A stretch of DNA of 64,000 nucleotides, from assembly GCF_009914755.1 (NCBI RefSeq), contig NC_060931.1; one strand, 5' to 3'. Shown piece by piece: positions 43,275 to 56,769 of the stretch. Within the stretch, counting starts at the first letter, position 1. Each line of letters opens with the position of its first letter. The translations under genes and the position numbers were made by a program. Source of the stretch: the human T2T-CHM13v2.0 reference genome, Homo sapiens. Under the pieces are notes generated by a model, which worked only from the letters and a program-made list of their open reading frames with translations, was not told where the DNA came from and made no database searches.

Positions 43275-43870
43275 GTGGGGTAGCCTGAATTCTAAGATCA
43301 CCCCCAGTGACTCTCAACCATGTCAATCCCCTCCTGTGAATGTGGGTTGAATCTGCTATTATGATAAGATGCCTCATCCATGATTACGTGACATTGTATG
43401 GCAAAAGGGAATTTTTGGTGGATGTACCCGACTTAATGAAGTAGGCCCTTTAAAAGCAGAATCTTCTCTAGCTCGTTGCAGAAGAGGAATTCAGAGATTA
43501 AAAGCATGAGAAGAATTTGACAAACCATTGCTGGACTGAAGACTGAGGGATATGAGCAGCCTCTAAGAGCTGAGAGTGGCCCCTGGCTGTAGTTGGCAAG
43601 AAAACAGGGACTTCAGTCCTACAGCTGCAAGAAACTAATTCTTTCCACTAACAAAAACAATCTTAGAAGCAGATTTTTCCCCAGAGCCTCCATAGGAGAA
43701 TTCGGTTCAAATGACACCTTGATTTTGGCCTTGTGATACCTTCAGCAGAGGGCCAAGCTTCATTGTACCAGACTTCTGACTTGCAAAACTGTGAACTAAT
43801 GGATGGTTATTGCCTTAAATCTCTAAGTTTAAATGGTAATTTGTTTTGTAGAAATGGAATCTAATGCAAC
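43275..43870 (+). mobile_element. MLT1E-like MaLR solo LTR
   Basis: aattctaagatcaccccca...ggcaaaagggaatttt...cagtcctacagctgcaag...ctaagttt...ggtaatttgtt. Confidence 0.8.
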
Positions 43871-43999
43871 AAGATGCTTTAACATTCATCAGAAGGAGAA
43901 ATTCTCCACAACGTATTTTTCTTGCTTTCGTTTCTTTCCCTGTAATATCCTAATTCCAACAGTTATTCAAGTCAGGGTCCTTCAATACCTGATTCTAAC

Positions 44000-44295
44000 T
44001 TTTTTTTTTTTTTTTGAGGGAGAGTCTCACTCTGTTTCCCGGGCTGGAGTGCAGTGGCATGATCTCACCTCACTGCAGCCTCCGTTCCCGGGTTCAAGCA
44101 ATTCTCCTGCCTCAGCTTCCCAAGTAACTGGGATCACAGGCGCCCGCCACCATGCCCAGCTAATTTTTGTATTTTTAGTAGAGACAGGGTTTCACCATAT
44201 TGGCCAGGCTGGTATCAAATTCTTGAACGCAGGTGATTCATCCACCTCAGCCTCCCAAAGTGCTGGGATTACAGGCATGAGCCACCACACCTGGC
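44000..44295 (-). mobile_element. Alu (AluSx-like)
   Basis: Reverse dimer; TSD CCTGATTCTAACT on both sides. Confidence 0.95.
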
Positions 44296-44415
44296 CCCTG
44301 ATTCTAACTTTTAAGGATTATTCCTCACTTCATTGGGTCCTTCTTGGCTTCCTTCATCTATTTAGATTTTAAGTTCCAACACTGTAGTCATTTGCTCTCA
44401 ACTCTCAAACACACT

Positions 44416-44525
44416 TAAAAAAATTATTTCAATAGCTTTTGAAGCACAAGTGGTTTTTTTACATGGTTGAATTATATAGTGGTGAATTCTGAAATTTTAG
44501 TGCACCCATCACCCAAGCAGTGTCC
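44416..44525 (-). mobile_element. Short L1PB-like 3' end
   Basis: ttatttcaatagctttt...acatgg...tagtggtgaa...ttttagtgcacccatcaccc. Confidence 0.7.
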
Positions 44526-46029
44526 CGAGACCACTTTTATTCAGTCATACTCATCTGAGAAACCCCAAGATTAACAACATCTAACTCACTACCTTTTGCT
44601 GAAATTTGTTGGATTTAAACATGAGCAGCAATCTCAATTGTGCCCAACAAAGAATACACCAAATCTTATATCCTTCTACCTAACTCACCCTCCCAGTCTC
44701 TGCAACAATTTTCTCATATCTTCTACTCTTATTTCAAACTTGCAAAACTCCTTTTTTCTTTCTCATTATCAAATAAACTCTTAGCTAACTACTTCACTAA
44801 AAAATAGAAGCAAGCAGCAAAGAATTGTTATAAATTTTCAACCTATCTAATAAATTTCTTGCATTTATATCTGTATAACTATACTCATGCTATTTCTTGG
44901 GTATCTGTTCAGGAGAATGGTACACAGAGGGAGAAAAATATAATTCAGCTCCTTGTATGTTAGAAATGTTTACCTTTTGTCTGCCGAAATATTTTCACTG
45001 ATTAAACAACACTCTTTACTCTTAACTACAAAAATTTTTCTTTGTGTAGGAGCACCATTTTCCAGCAATATTGATGAAACATTTGAAAGAAATGATGTAA
45101 CTTTTCCCAAGGAAAGTTTATTCAAAAGGAAACTGGAAGAAACGTCTTTTACAATATTTCATATTATTTCTTATTTTCTTTAAAGGTATATTATAATTGA
45201 TTTTATCATAAATGTATGCAATTTAAACATTATTATACTAAGTCTTAGAGACGAGAATATTCTCAACTTGAACTTACTTCAGGTCAAAGATTCTTTGATT
45301 ATGATTCACAGAGAACTTTTCCTTTTTAATCGTGAGGGTAGAACACACGCCATTACTTTTCAATCTCCTGGTAAGATTGTGAAGAATAAATAATATCAGT
45401 TCTCTCTAAGAGGTAGAAAAACTAAGCCTGAATTCCTCCCAAAATTGTTATTTGTTATTTGAACAGAGGCTTACACTTTGCTATCATAAGAACACATAAG
45501 AAAGATTGCTCTTTCAAATTCTATCAATATCCCAGCCATTTCTGCTTTGGAAGCTTTTAAAAGAATACTTGAGATATTTATTCTTGCAAAATCTATCTTC
45601 CGGTATTCAAACAACATCAAAAATTGGCATTACAATTACCTAAACCAAGGAGGCATCAACTGAATGAAATTGACATGTAATCATAGAAAAGAGACAAGAA
45701 ATAAGGAAAACTCTTGGGATTGGGTTGGACGCCCAAGCTAAAAATGAGATGGTGCTTACAAAGTTTATTTAAAAAAAAAAATTTTTTTTCTTTAAACAGA
45801 TTTTAATTTATAAAGAAATATGAAAAAGAAAATTTTCTGCTTTTTTATAAAAGGAGGAGGATAAAAATAGAGAACAAAGTGAAATCAATTACTTTTAATA
45901 TTTTAAAATCATTACCTATAAGATAAGATATGAGAAAATAAAGAAATTGAAAACATAAGAAATCTGGCAAAAGTAAGGACGAGACTGTCCAATGTACGTT
46001 AACTTAAATCTTCAGAAACTTACAATAGC

Positions 46030-46270
46030 TAGCAATTACTGGTCATGCTTTGTGCAGGCAGGCTTCTAAATGCATGGTATCTATTATCTCCTCTAACCCT
46101 CACAGTAATGCTGTGCAATAGGTAACATTATTGTCTACATTTTGCAGTTGGGGAGACTGAGATACATAGAGATTAATTAACCTACCCAACATCATCCCGG
46201 TAGGAAGTAAAGAAGACAAGAGAAAAATCCCAAGATTCTTGCCCCAGGGTCCACATTCTCTATGACTACT
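46030..46270 (-). mobile_element. MIR
   Basis: aaccctcacagtaa...cattttgcagttggggagactgaga...attaattaacctaccca. Confidence 0.8.
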
Positions 46271-47302
46271 CTTTTGACTACACACAAAGTCGCATATGGC
46301 GAATGTCCTTGGACCCTAATGTAGAAAGCCTTGAGTAGGCTCTTCTGAAGGAATAACTACAGAATTATCGCCGAATGGACAGAGCTACTATTACATTTAC
46401 GATAGAGTTCCAGTTCAGTAAAGCCTAGCTTCTTGGCTGCACAAGTTGTTTTTCTTCCTTACTTCCTCCTGTTACCTTTCCATAACCTCTTATAATCTAA
46501 AATCATCTTTGATTGTTATGAGGTGAAAGGGACCTGCTAACTGGGACACTTTCCAGGTTTTCTAATACAAGTAATGTGAGGTATTTATGACCAACAACAT
46601 TCTAAATAGGATTGGATACTTTCAACAGAAAAATTGGTCCAATAATATGTTTACTAACTCATACTAAGTAATTAAAAATTACAGTATTGTTATAATCACC
46701 AAAACAATAATAAGGCTTTGTGAATGTATGGCTTTTGTCATAATAGGGCACCATAAAAAATGTAGCATAATATTGAAAAGGTAAAATAATCAAATAAATA
46801 AACGACAGCCAAACATATTAAAAATGGAAAATTAGTCTATTATAGTTAAATCCACTGGAATAATTATTAAAATACTATGTGGAAACTGTGACAATTTATA
46901 TAAATAACAACAATGTCTAAGGAATTAGTTTGAGGAACCTGAATTAGTCTGTTTGAAAAAAAAAGGAAGAATGAACTTATAAAAGATTCCTTAGGGAATA
47001 TAAATAACACTTTTTGAAAACCTAAATATAAAGATGTTAATCTCTACACAATTTTAATACCCAAACAAATTAGTATAAATAACCTGTAATGTAGACAAAA
47101 TTAATTATAAAACATCCTTCACTGGAATATTACACAGTCATTAAAAATAATCTTGACGAAAGTATTTAACAGCATAACGTATGCTTAGGAGAGTATAGTA
47201 AGAAGAAATAACTTAAGACATGGTACAAAACAAAATACATAGAATAATTACTATCATGTTTTATAAAATCAGATGAAAAGAAACAAGACTGAAATGACAT
47301 AA

Positions 47303-47399
47303 AGGAAGTCCCTAACTTACAATGGTTCAACTCACAATTTTTTGAATTTACAGTGGACTTATTGGGATGTAACCCAAGCATAAGTGAAGAAGCACCTGC
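47303..47399. mobile_element. Short Tigger3/Golem-like MITE (both termini, ~100 bp)
   Basis: gtccctaacttacaatggttcaact...ttattgggatgtaaccc...ataagtgaagaagcacctg. Confidence 0.55.
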
Positions 47400-48172
47400 A
47401 TTCAAAATTATTGCCAGTACCTGTAAACACATGTAAATGGTAAGACCATACTAATTTTGTTTTACTTTTCTATATTTTCTAATTTTTAATGAGCATACAT
47501 TATTTCATATTAAGATATTATTTTACATAGAGAGGACAATAGTAATAAAATTGTAACTAGTTTTTAATTAAAGAGGGATAGGAATACATTTAATGAAAAA
47601 CAGAGTGAAGAGGAAACCACAACAGGAACAAAAAAATTCTTAAAATTGTGGTAAACTCTAATATGAATTAATATTTCATGGGAATCCTTTGATTCTAACA
47701 ATCCTTTCACTATACAGGACCAGCAACCTATCAATCTGACAAACTTCTTGTCCTTTGCCTGCCTTTCCCACAAGCCTTCTCCCTCTTCCCACAGCTTAAA
47801 CTCCAAGGACAGTCAGAGTGACCTTCGTGCATGCCCCTTTACTCCCTAAACACTCTATTAGTTTCTTTGACTAGCTAATGGAACTACACTTAAGACCTTG
47901 GTGAAATTGAACACTCTGCCCAATTATTGTAACCCAGAAGCTTCTTGGAACTGAAGGAAAGCACACAATCCTACTGATCAGACTTGCTTTCAATTTGGGG
48001 TTGTTAACCCCAGCTGGGCTCTTCATGCTGCCAGACAATGCAACTTTATGTTTCTGGTACATACATCTCCCTCTCCCTTCTTGTGGAATCTCCAACACCC
48101 TTCTCTGTTGTCATTTGCCCCTGGTGACCTTGCTTCATATTTTAGTTAAGAGGAAAAAACTATCAGAGAGAA

Positions 48173-48539
48173 TGAATTAGTCCATTCTCACCCTACTATA
48201 AAGAACTGCCTGAGACTGGGTAATTTATAAAGGAAAGAGGTTTAATTGACTCACAGTTCTGCACGGCTGGGGAGGCCTCGGGAAACTTACAATCATGGTG
48301 GAAGGGGAAGCAAACACATCCTTCACATGATAGCAGTAAGGAGAAGTGCCGAGCAAAAAGGGGGAAAGCCCCTTATAAAACCACAAGATCTCCTGACAAC
48401 TCACTCACTATCTCAAGAAGAGCACAGGAAAAACCATCCCCATGATTCAATTATCTCCACCTGGTTCCACTCTTGACAGGTGAGGATTATTCCAATTCAA
48501 GGTGAGATTTGGGTGGGGACACAGAGCCAAACGATATCA
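48173..48539 (-). mobile_element. THE1C/D MaLR solo LTR
   Basis: ctgagactgggtaatttataaaggaaagaggtttaattgactcacagttc...gagatttgggtggggacacagagccaaac.atatca; TG...CA ends; gagaa/cagaa TSD. Confidence 0.92.
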
Positions 48540-48699
48540 CAGAACTTCAACCTGGTTCTAACAAAACATTCTTTTGACTTCCTGTATTTGAACCCCTTTG
48601 CTTGGATTTCTTTCTCATTACTGTGGGTGAGCTGCCCGTGCTATCAGCCAAGTCTCACCTCTCAACAGGACTAGCATGTCCATTCCTGCTCATCGACTC

Positions 48700-49715
48700 A
48701 AAGAAGTTGTAAAAACTCTCTTGCATCTCTCTAGCATTACAAGTGTATTTTCCTCTATTGCACCTTTTCTATAAGCATAAAACATCAGGATGCTTTTTAC
48801 ATCTTTAAAGAAAAGTCAAACAAACCTGTCTTTGCCTTTCCTCCTTTCTTCCTTCTCCAGTTCCCACCCCTTCCCTTTACAGCAAAAACAGGCACACACA
48901 CAAAGTACTTTCTCCCTTTATCCAAAAATATTTTTCTTCTCTCTCTCTCTAACACCTTCTATTAATTTTCACCCATTCTCCACTTTACCAAAAGTGCTTT
49001 TATCAAGGTCACCTCTGACATTCTATTGCCAAAGTCACTGGTAAACTCTCATTGCTCAACATGCTTGACCTGTCATCATGCGAGGCAGCTTATCACTGTC
49101 TCCTCCTTAAAATAGTCAGATTATATTACTTGGGTCATATGACTTGTCTGTTCAAAATCTTGTAATAGCTTCCTTTCTCAATCAAGCAAAAGCTAAAGTT
49201 ATATAGCCTATATGGCTTTATTCTTTAACATCTGGCCTTGTTTCTTGTGTGAATTCATCTGAGATCATCTCACGTAGACTCTAGCTGCACTGGCCTTACC
49301 TTTCATTTCTTGAACACAGCAGGCATGTTCTTGCCTTAGGGCCTTTATACTTGCTGTCTTCTCTGCCAAAAACACTCTTTCCCCTGATATGTGTGATGTC
49401 TTCCTCATCATCTTTAGGTATTTGCTAAAATATTGCCTTACTTATGAGGACTTTCCTGGCCTCCTTATTTTTTAAAAAAAATAATATACACTTCTCATTG
49501 TACTTCTCTGCCTTATTTTTCTTCATGTTACTCACAAAATACAATATGCTATATATTTGACTTATTTATTTTATGTCCTATCTCACCATACTAGAATGCA
49601 AGCACCAAAAGAGTGACAATTTGTTTATTTATCTGTTTTGTTCACTCTTGTATCCCCAGAGCTTAGAAGAGTTTCTAGCACATAGTAGGTGCTCAATAAA
49701 TAATTGTGGAATGAC
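48700..49715 (+). mobile_element. L2 3' portion
   Basis: tcaaggtcacc...attgccaaa, cttagggcctttatacttgctgt, ends agcacatagtaggtgctcaataaataattgtggaatga. Confidence 0.85.
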
Positions 49716-50000
49716 TGTTGCATAAATTTCATTTCCCCTTGAAAACTGAGAAAGAAACAAATTACATTAATAGAATAAAAGTCATTGCGGCAAATCAATG
49801 GAGGTTTGTAAAGATTTCCTAGGTGATTTGCAAATCTAGTTCAAATGTGATATATACATAGTTTGCCTGAATGGCTTTCCTGAAAGAAATGCCAGCAACA
49901 GTGTGAAAGCTCTGGAAAGCATAACCAAGAAGTAACATACTTAAATTCCACCATCTCTTAGTTCTAGGCCAGCGTAGGAGCAGGAGAAAAAATGGGGAAA

Positions 50001-50099
50001 AGAGACAGAGACAGACAGACAGACATACACAAACACATAAACACACACACACACACACACACACATACACAGAGAGAGAAAAAAGAGAGAGAGAGAGAG
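50001..50099. repeat. Compound (GACA)n-(CA)n-(GA)n microsatellite
   Basis: Read directly. Confidence 0.92.
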
Positions 50100-50109
50100 T
50101 AAAAGAAAG

Positions 50110-50445
50110 ACTTAGCTCAGGCTTCTGTAACAAAACACCTTAAACTGAAAGGCTTAAACATTTTTTTCTCACCATTTTGGAAATTTAAAGTCCAAGATCA
50201 GGGTGTCAGGTGGGTGAGGTTCTTGGTGAGGGCCCTCTTCCTTGTTTACAGATTGTTGTCTTCTTGCTATGTTTTCATGTAGTGGAAAACTCTGTGTCCT
50301 CTTCTTAGAAGGGCACTAATCCTATTCATGAGGGCCCCACCTTCATGACCTCATCACTTCTCAAAGGCTTCACCTCCTAATTCTGTCACAATGGAATTAA
50401 GGATTCAACATTTTGGACTGAAGGATTCAACCATTCAGTCCACAA
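50110..50445 (-). mobile_element. MLT1A-like MaLR solo LTR
   Basis: gtaacaaaacacc...aagtccaagatcagggtg...aagggcactaatcctattcatgagggccccaccttcatgacct...cattcagtcca. Confidence 0.85.
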
Positions 50446-51384
50446 TGGAAAGCTATCCAGTGAAGTACATGGGACTCTGATTTCTATTTTTCTTTACTCC
50501 AATCCCTGTGACCTAACACCAAACCTATTACCTTTGTGATAGTCACTAATGCCGTTTCTATCTGCTGAATATCAAAGATAATTGCAATCATGGCAAAATA
50601 AATGTTTAATTTTGAACAGTTTTCCTCTTAGCTTTCTTTTTTCAAGACATTTGATCCTAATCATTTATTTTTTTAGCATTTGTATGATATCTAATAACCA
50701 CAAATTAATTAATAAATTTTTATTGAATCTTGACATTAAATGAAAAACTTTCTCAATATAAATTTAGTGGAACTGGCAAATGAATATATGAGCCAAGGCA
50801 TAGCAAATAAACATTTCTCTTTGAGGATTCTTGTTCAAAACAGAATTAGCATTGGCTTTTTCAGTTCCCACAGCCTGCAGAGATAATCCTAAAGCATAAA
50901 AATTCTGGAGCAGTTCATGGCTTTAAAATGGCAACAAAGCCAAAATTGGTTAGTTTTTATCAAACGAAAAAAAATGGAAAGGTTTTCATCACAAGCTCTT
51001 TTCCTAATAACAGCCCACTTTTTCATTTTTGAAAGCCTGCCTGTGAACTGTTAATGACAGAATAATCAGTGGACATATTCCTGTGACTTCAGCTGTTATA
51101 AAATGCAACTTGACATTGAAAAGGAACATAAGTATCACTCCCAAGAATGTTTGCTTTCTGTTTTGTAAAAATACAATCTTTCTTTGTGAAACACAATTGT
51201 TACTATGTACACAGAGCATATAAACAAGGGAAGATATTAAAAACACAGAAACAAAGCACCAGTATTTTACAAATGGCTTGCTGATATAATCACCATTCTG
51301 TCACACTACTTGCACTAATCTAAGCATTTTTTCTTAGTGGACATTTTACTCATATCTGCAAAAGACTAGCAGTAACATAGCACC

Positions 51385-52158
51385 TACTCTATCACTCCGA
51401 GTCCAGTAAGGCAGTAGAATCCACATGAGGCATTTCAAGCAGAGGGGACTATTTACAAAATGTTTAGAGGCTGAAAGATCAAACAGCAGAATGTGAAATA
51501 ACCCAGCTATTAACACCTGCAGGATGCAGTTACTATCCCCAGGGCCAGAGAAACAAAAGGGAAGAGGAAGTTGTAGAACCCATGGGCCTACTTGCACTTC
51601 TGAGGTGTCTCAGGAGGTCCTGGAAACACAGGAGGGCATACCCATGTTAGTTTGGGGAGCATGGATGGGTGCCAAGCAATAGGTGCTTGGACAGCTGGGA
51701 TGAAGTGTGTTTTGCAGCAGTCTGGAAATGCAACCTGGCCCTACGTAGCTGGCGTTGGAACTGATGAGGAGGTGCTGCTCTGTAGGAGTTGGTGCTATCA
51801 GTGGGTCTCTGCTTACAGGTGCTGGTATAGCCAAGGGGAGTGCCACTGGACAGGGGCTGGAACCAGGGAACAGTCGCACTACGGGCACTGAAATTGCCGG
51901 AGGATGCAGGCATCCATAGCTTCAAGTTGTTGTGGAAGGAGGCCCAGAAGCTGGAAAGGAGAAGTGAGTCACGCTTTCTCTCGTCTTCATTTTATCCTTC
52001 CCTTTCCAGGACCTCTCACTGGCAAGATCTAACTAAAATACGGCTGGCAATAAAAATTTGGAAAGGTAATCTGTGCGGTATCAGAAACCTACAACACATA
52101 AAAGAAGAACACAGGACAGAAATCGACGCTGAAGGCAAGGAGGTAAGTGGCTTGCACA
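51385..52158 (-). mobile_element. Ancient ERVL solo LTR (LTR41/LTR50-like)
   Basis: gtccagtaaggcagtagaatccaca...ctgcaggatgcagttactatccccagggc...aaagggaagagg...ggctggcaa...gcaca; locally GC-richer. Confidence 0.6.
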
Positions 52159-52659
52159 CCTACTGTCTTCAATGCCAGTTTTTCTGTAGTATTTATTTAG
52201 GACGACTATGCCTAAAGTTGCTAATGGAAATTTGATATCCGTTTTTTATCATCTTGCTAAAGGATCATAATAATAAACGAATAAATAAGATAATACGATG
52301 AAGGATGAGGATATAAAACTATATGTAATATATTTAATATAACTCTAAGTTAGTGACTTTAAGTCTGTTATTAAAGAAATTCTGACTTTTCAATGTTAAG
52401 TACGTTTAGTAGATTTATGCAAGTTATAAATTAATATATTTTCTTATTTTCATGAAACCATGTTAATGCTCTACTTATATCTTTATTATTCTTTCAAATT
52501 CCAATATAGGGTATTATTGAGCAGGTAAACAATTAAGGAAAAAGAAGAAAACAATTAGGGAAAAAATATCACCCTGTGGTTAATGATAGCCTCTAATTCT
52601 TTGCTATTCTCATTGAAATTGCCCTTGAATCTAGACCAGCCATTGTGATTTGCTTAACT

Positions 52660-53011
52660 AATAAGATATAGGAAAACCGCTGTTCACAGATTTCAAAATC
52701 TAGAACTATTGCCCTAAGATCGTCACGCTGGAGAGACCATACAAAGGAGCTCTGCTTGTCAGTCCCAGCTAAGCCCTGACTTCTAGTCATCCCCTCCCAA
52801 GTGCCAGAAATGAATGGGTACCCATCTTGAACTTTCCAACCACTCCATCTGGAGCCTAAGAACTACAGTCTATATTAGGCCAAGTAGAAGAATCACCCAG
52901 AGAATCCCTAACTAGATCTCTCAGCCACCAAATTGTGAAATATAATACAACCATTGTTTTGAGCCACTAAGTTTTGGAGTAGTTTGCTATATAGCAATAG
53001 ATACTGAAACA
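52660..53011 (+). mobile_element. MLT1H-like MaLR LTR (3' part)
   Basis: cagtcccagctaagccc...agaagaatcacccag...gccactaagttttggagtagtttgctatatagcaatagata.ctgaaaca. Confidence 0.8.
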
Positions 53012-53229
53012 TGGCCTTTTAAACAAAGAAATGCACACTGAAGCAAATTATTCACATTAAATGTAACCAGATTAAGTTGTGCTACACTTGCTGAACATAA
53101 TTAAATCAGAAAACACGGTACTCATGAAGATTCAGGGATGAAGTACTCATCCCGTACTGATGAAATTGAAAAGTACTACAGGATTTGAGGGAATGTCTTT
53201 GACAATGTGAATCTGACACCAAGTGATCT

Positions 53230-53371
53230 TATGGCTCCTCACTGTGATGAGTCCCTTCAAGGTGGAAAGTTCCCTAGCGATTTATGTTTATAATTTCATA
53301 TTATTTTTCTTAAGATGCCCCTGTTGCCAAGTGGTATAAACTTTAGGCCCCGCAAAATAGAATCTGTCCCC
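53230..53371. mobile_element. MER91-like (hAT-Tip100) fragment
   Basis: tttttcttaaga...gtataaactttaggccccgcaaaa...atctgtcccc. Confidence 0.55.
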
Positions 53372-55559
53372 AGAAGGTATACAATAATATCATAAAACTC
53401 TTCTGGCCCTTCTCAGTAATCAGTATTTTCTTCAAGAAAATAAGAGGAAGGGGACAGCTATGTTTATAAAACTCTTTATCAGAGAATCATATATAATAGA
53501 AAAATAAACTGAAAATAACCTAAATGTTTGGTAATGGATGAATAATTAAATAAATTATAAGCTATCAACTTAGGGCATGATGTCACCTTTATAAAAAATG
53601 GTTACAAAGTTTCTAACAACATGAGAAATTGTTTATAATGTGACTAAGTGCAAAAGCTAATCTTGAAAGTTTATATAAACTGTGATTACAGTATAAAAAT
53701 GTATATATTACAGATAAAACTTGGAAGGAATTTTGAAGAAGTGAAAACAATTATGTTGAGGTGATGGTCATGAGACACAACTTTGCTCTTAGTGTTTGTT
53801 TTTCAATTCTCATTTCTCATCTAAGTTGCATCCTGTTATAGACAATGGTAAGTGATGCAAGCTTTTTCAGAATTCAGCTTCTACGATCTTATAAGAGACA
53901 CCCTGTCAAAGCTGTAGCTAAACTAAGGGAATGACTGCCATGCCCAAAGCTCAGGAAGGCAGGCCTGGTTGTAGAGGGCCATGTCCCACTTTGTAAAATG
54001 TGGAAAAATAAACATGTCATTAGGAAGGTAAACTCAGACTCTTGGGGAAGTTTGGCCTCTTTCTATTCCTTCTTTTTTTTTTTTTTGTCTCATGAATGGC
54101 AAAGTAAAACCCTTAGGAGCCAGAAAGCAAACAGCTGACATCACTGTTCTCCAACCCCGGCTCTGCCATCTTTATTCCCCCGCCCCCACACACACCTTTA
54201 AGAAGCCATGTTTAAAGAAAACATTTGCTATTTTAATAATTTTGTGGATATGCTAGAAAGGTAGAGCAGAAACAGCAAGATCTGGAATTTAGGTAAGGTT
54301 TGTGGCCAGCGGTTCTCTGATCTGCGGTGACTCCTCACTTGCTGGGAGCCTCCATGTCTCCATCTGTAAAATGAGGGGGTTTCCACCACAGAACTACCCA
54401 CATCCTATCTTGTCACCGTTATCTGACTCAGTTGTCAAATACGATGGAGTCCATTTGAAAAGCAGAGAATTTGGGAAGCCATGCTGCTCTGAGGGGTTTT
54501 TGCCGCTTTTTTTATATCCTAATTTTAGATTATAGAATCTTGGATAATAAAATTTTAAGCAATAAAAAGAAAAGAATTAAAAGGAAAGCCAGGTTCTGAC
54601 ACAGAGATCAGTGATGTCAGAAGGCAGGGAGCCCAGCTTGTCTACTCCACTCCAAACATAGAAAACATGACCACAAAGGAGTACTCCCCTGATGTGTTTG
54701 TTCTTTCTAGTTTTCATTAGAAAGAAACACACGAAGAGGCATTTTAATCTGCCCCCATGGCAGATGTGTGAAGAGCCTCACTTAAGGAGGCTTCGCTCCT
54801 TTCATGGTACCCTTAAAAGCTTACACCTGATTCACTCAGCTGCTGGCTCAGCCTCAACCTCTTGGCCCATCCATTAGAGATCCAGTGAAAAGCTATTAAG
54901 CAAATCCATCTCAGGAATTTTACATTCATGCAAAACATCATTTTGCTGTCTTCTTGCAACAATAAGGAAAGGCTGTCTTTCAACTACGTCTTGGTAATGA
55001 GAATTTAAAATTGCCTACCATGTAGTTTCCATTAAAAGCCATCTCAATACTAAAAGAGGATATGATAGCCTTTCACAACTCACACTTCTCCTAGTTTTAT
55101 GCCTAAATCAATTGCAATCAAAAGGCAGTTTTAAAAATAGAGCATGTTACTTCAGCCTCCTAACAAAATTGCCTTTATAGAGTGATGGCTTAACACTACT
55201 TCCTTGAATTTTTTCTCGTCATAAAGATGAGATGTGGAATTTGCCTAAATTTTTAGTAAACCTCTAATCAGAAAAAGCTTGCCCATTATGTCACACATTT
55301 TCCTTCATATAAAGCCACATATAAGATATTCTCAAAGTCTGGGGATAGGAAAATTTTTTTCCTCCTAATCTTAACGTTTTCTCTTATTAAAAAAAAACAA
55401 GTATCCCCTATGCTTTAAGTTTTACCTTGATTATCAGGGAAACTTGGTCTGGGTTTTGTGTGCAGTAAGTTCTCACATCTCTGATTTTTCTTGTTTGTTT
55501 GTTTAATATAATTATGCTCCTCTTCCAACCCGCCGTACCTTGCTATTATTGCATGAAGT

Positions 55560-56430
55560 TGTTAACTTTAAAAACTACAGGATTTATGAGCTTAGAAAGG
55601 AGACTTTATTTCTCATAAAAGATTATAGCCTTCAAGGTGGCCATTCCACAGGCTGAAAAGCATAGCATCCGACAAAGACCAGAGACAGCTACTTCAAAGG
55701 AGGAGGGTTTAGACAGGAATTTAAGTTGAATAAATTAAAGTAACATATGTATTCAACAGTCTATAGGAGGAGCTGTTAATATTCATGAAGGGGGTCCTGA
55801 CACATGCGTATTGAGCAAATATTCGTATATATGACCCATGTTTACCTTGGGGTAAAGATAACATTTAAATGTACTACAATTAGGCCCTATACATCAAAAG
55901 GTCTTTTTAGGACACAAAGGCACACAAGTGTGCAATCTATGGTTGGTTTTTTCATCAGGAGAATGTTATTGAAATCAAAGCTGTAGTTATGGCTTGTGGA
56001 ACAGGGGATCAGTTAGCTTCTGTGAGCTGGATGTGTTGTCATTATTTTAATACTGCTCATCTTGAGGCCAATGCTTCTTTAGCTGCTAGAAAAAAAGAAA
56101 AAACTTGTTGCAGCTAGAACATAGTTTATTCCTGAAGTGTAGGGGTGTGTGACTTAACCTTGCCTGGCATGGCCTTAGGTCCTGTTTATAATTAGGTTGT
56201 CTTATTGCCATGAAGAGTCCATTCTGTCAGTCTTGTGATCTCTATTTTAACATTAATACTGGTCAGTTGTCGTGTCTAAACTGCAAAGGGATGGGGTGTA
56301 ACAAAGCGTTTCTGACCTCCTGTCTCATCATGGTTGGGAACTCAGTTTTCAAGACTTCTCTGGGGTCCCTTTGGCCAAATGAGGGTTTGTTCAATCTGTG
56401 GGAGGTTTAGGATTTTATCTTTAGTTTCCA
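55560..56430 (-). mobile_element. ERV1 MER4-group solo LTR (MER49-like), ~870 bp
   Basis: ttgcctggcatggccttaggtcctgtttataat...tctgtcagtcttgtgatctctattttaacattaat.ctggtcagttg...ggggtccctttggccaa...ttaggattttat; TG...CA ends. Confidence 0.85.
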
Positions 56431-56462
56431 AGGCTTAGCTTTTATTGGTAATAATTTTCAGG

Positions 56463-56769
<307 letters not shown>

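Noticed and set aside
51346-52235. Cluster of overlapping 80-130 aa ORFs on both strands, and a possible CTCF site near 52005-52022
   Set aside because: Explained by the GC-richer old LTR (few stop codons); no recognisable protein. The CTCF-like motif has an extra base and mismatches.
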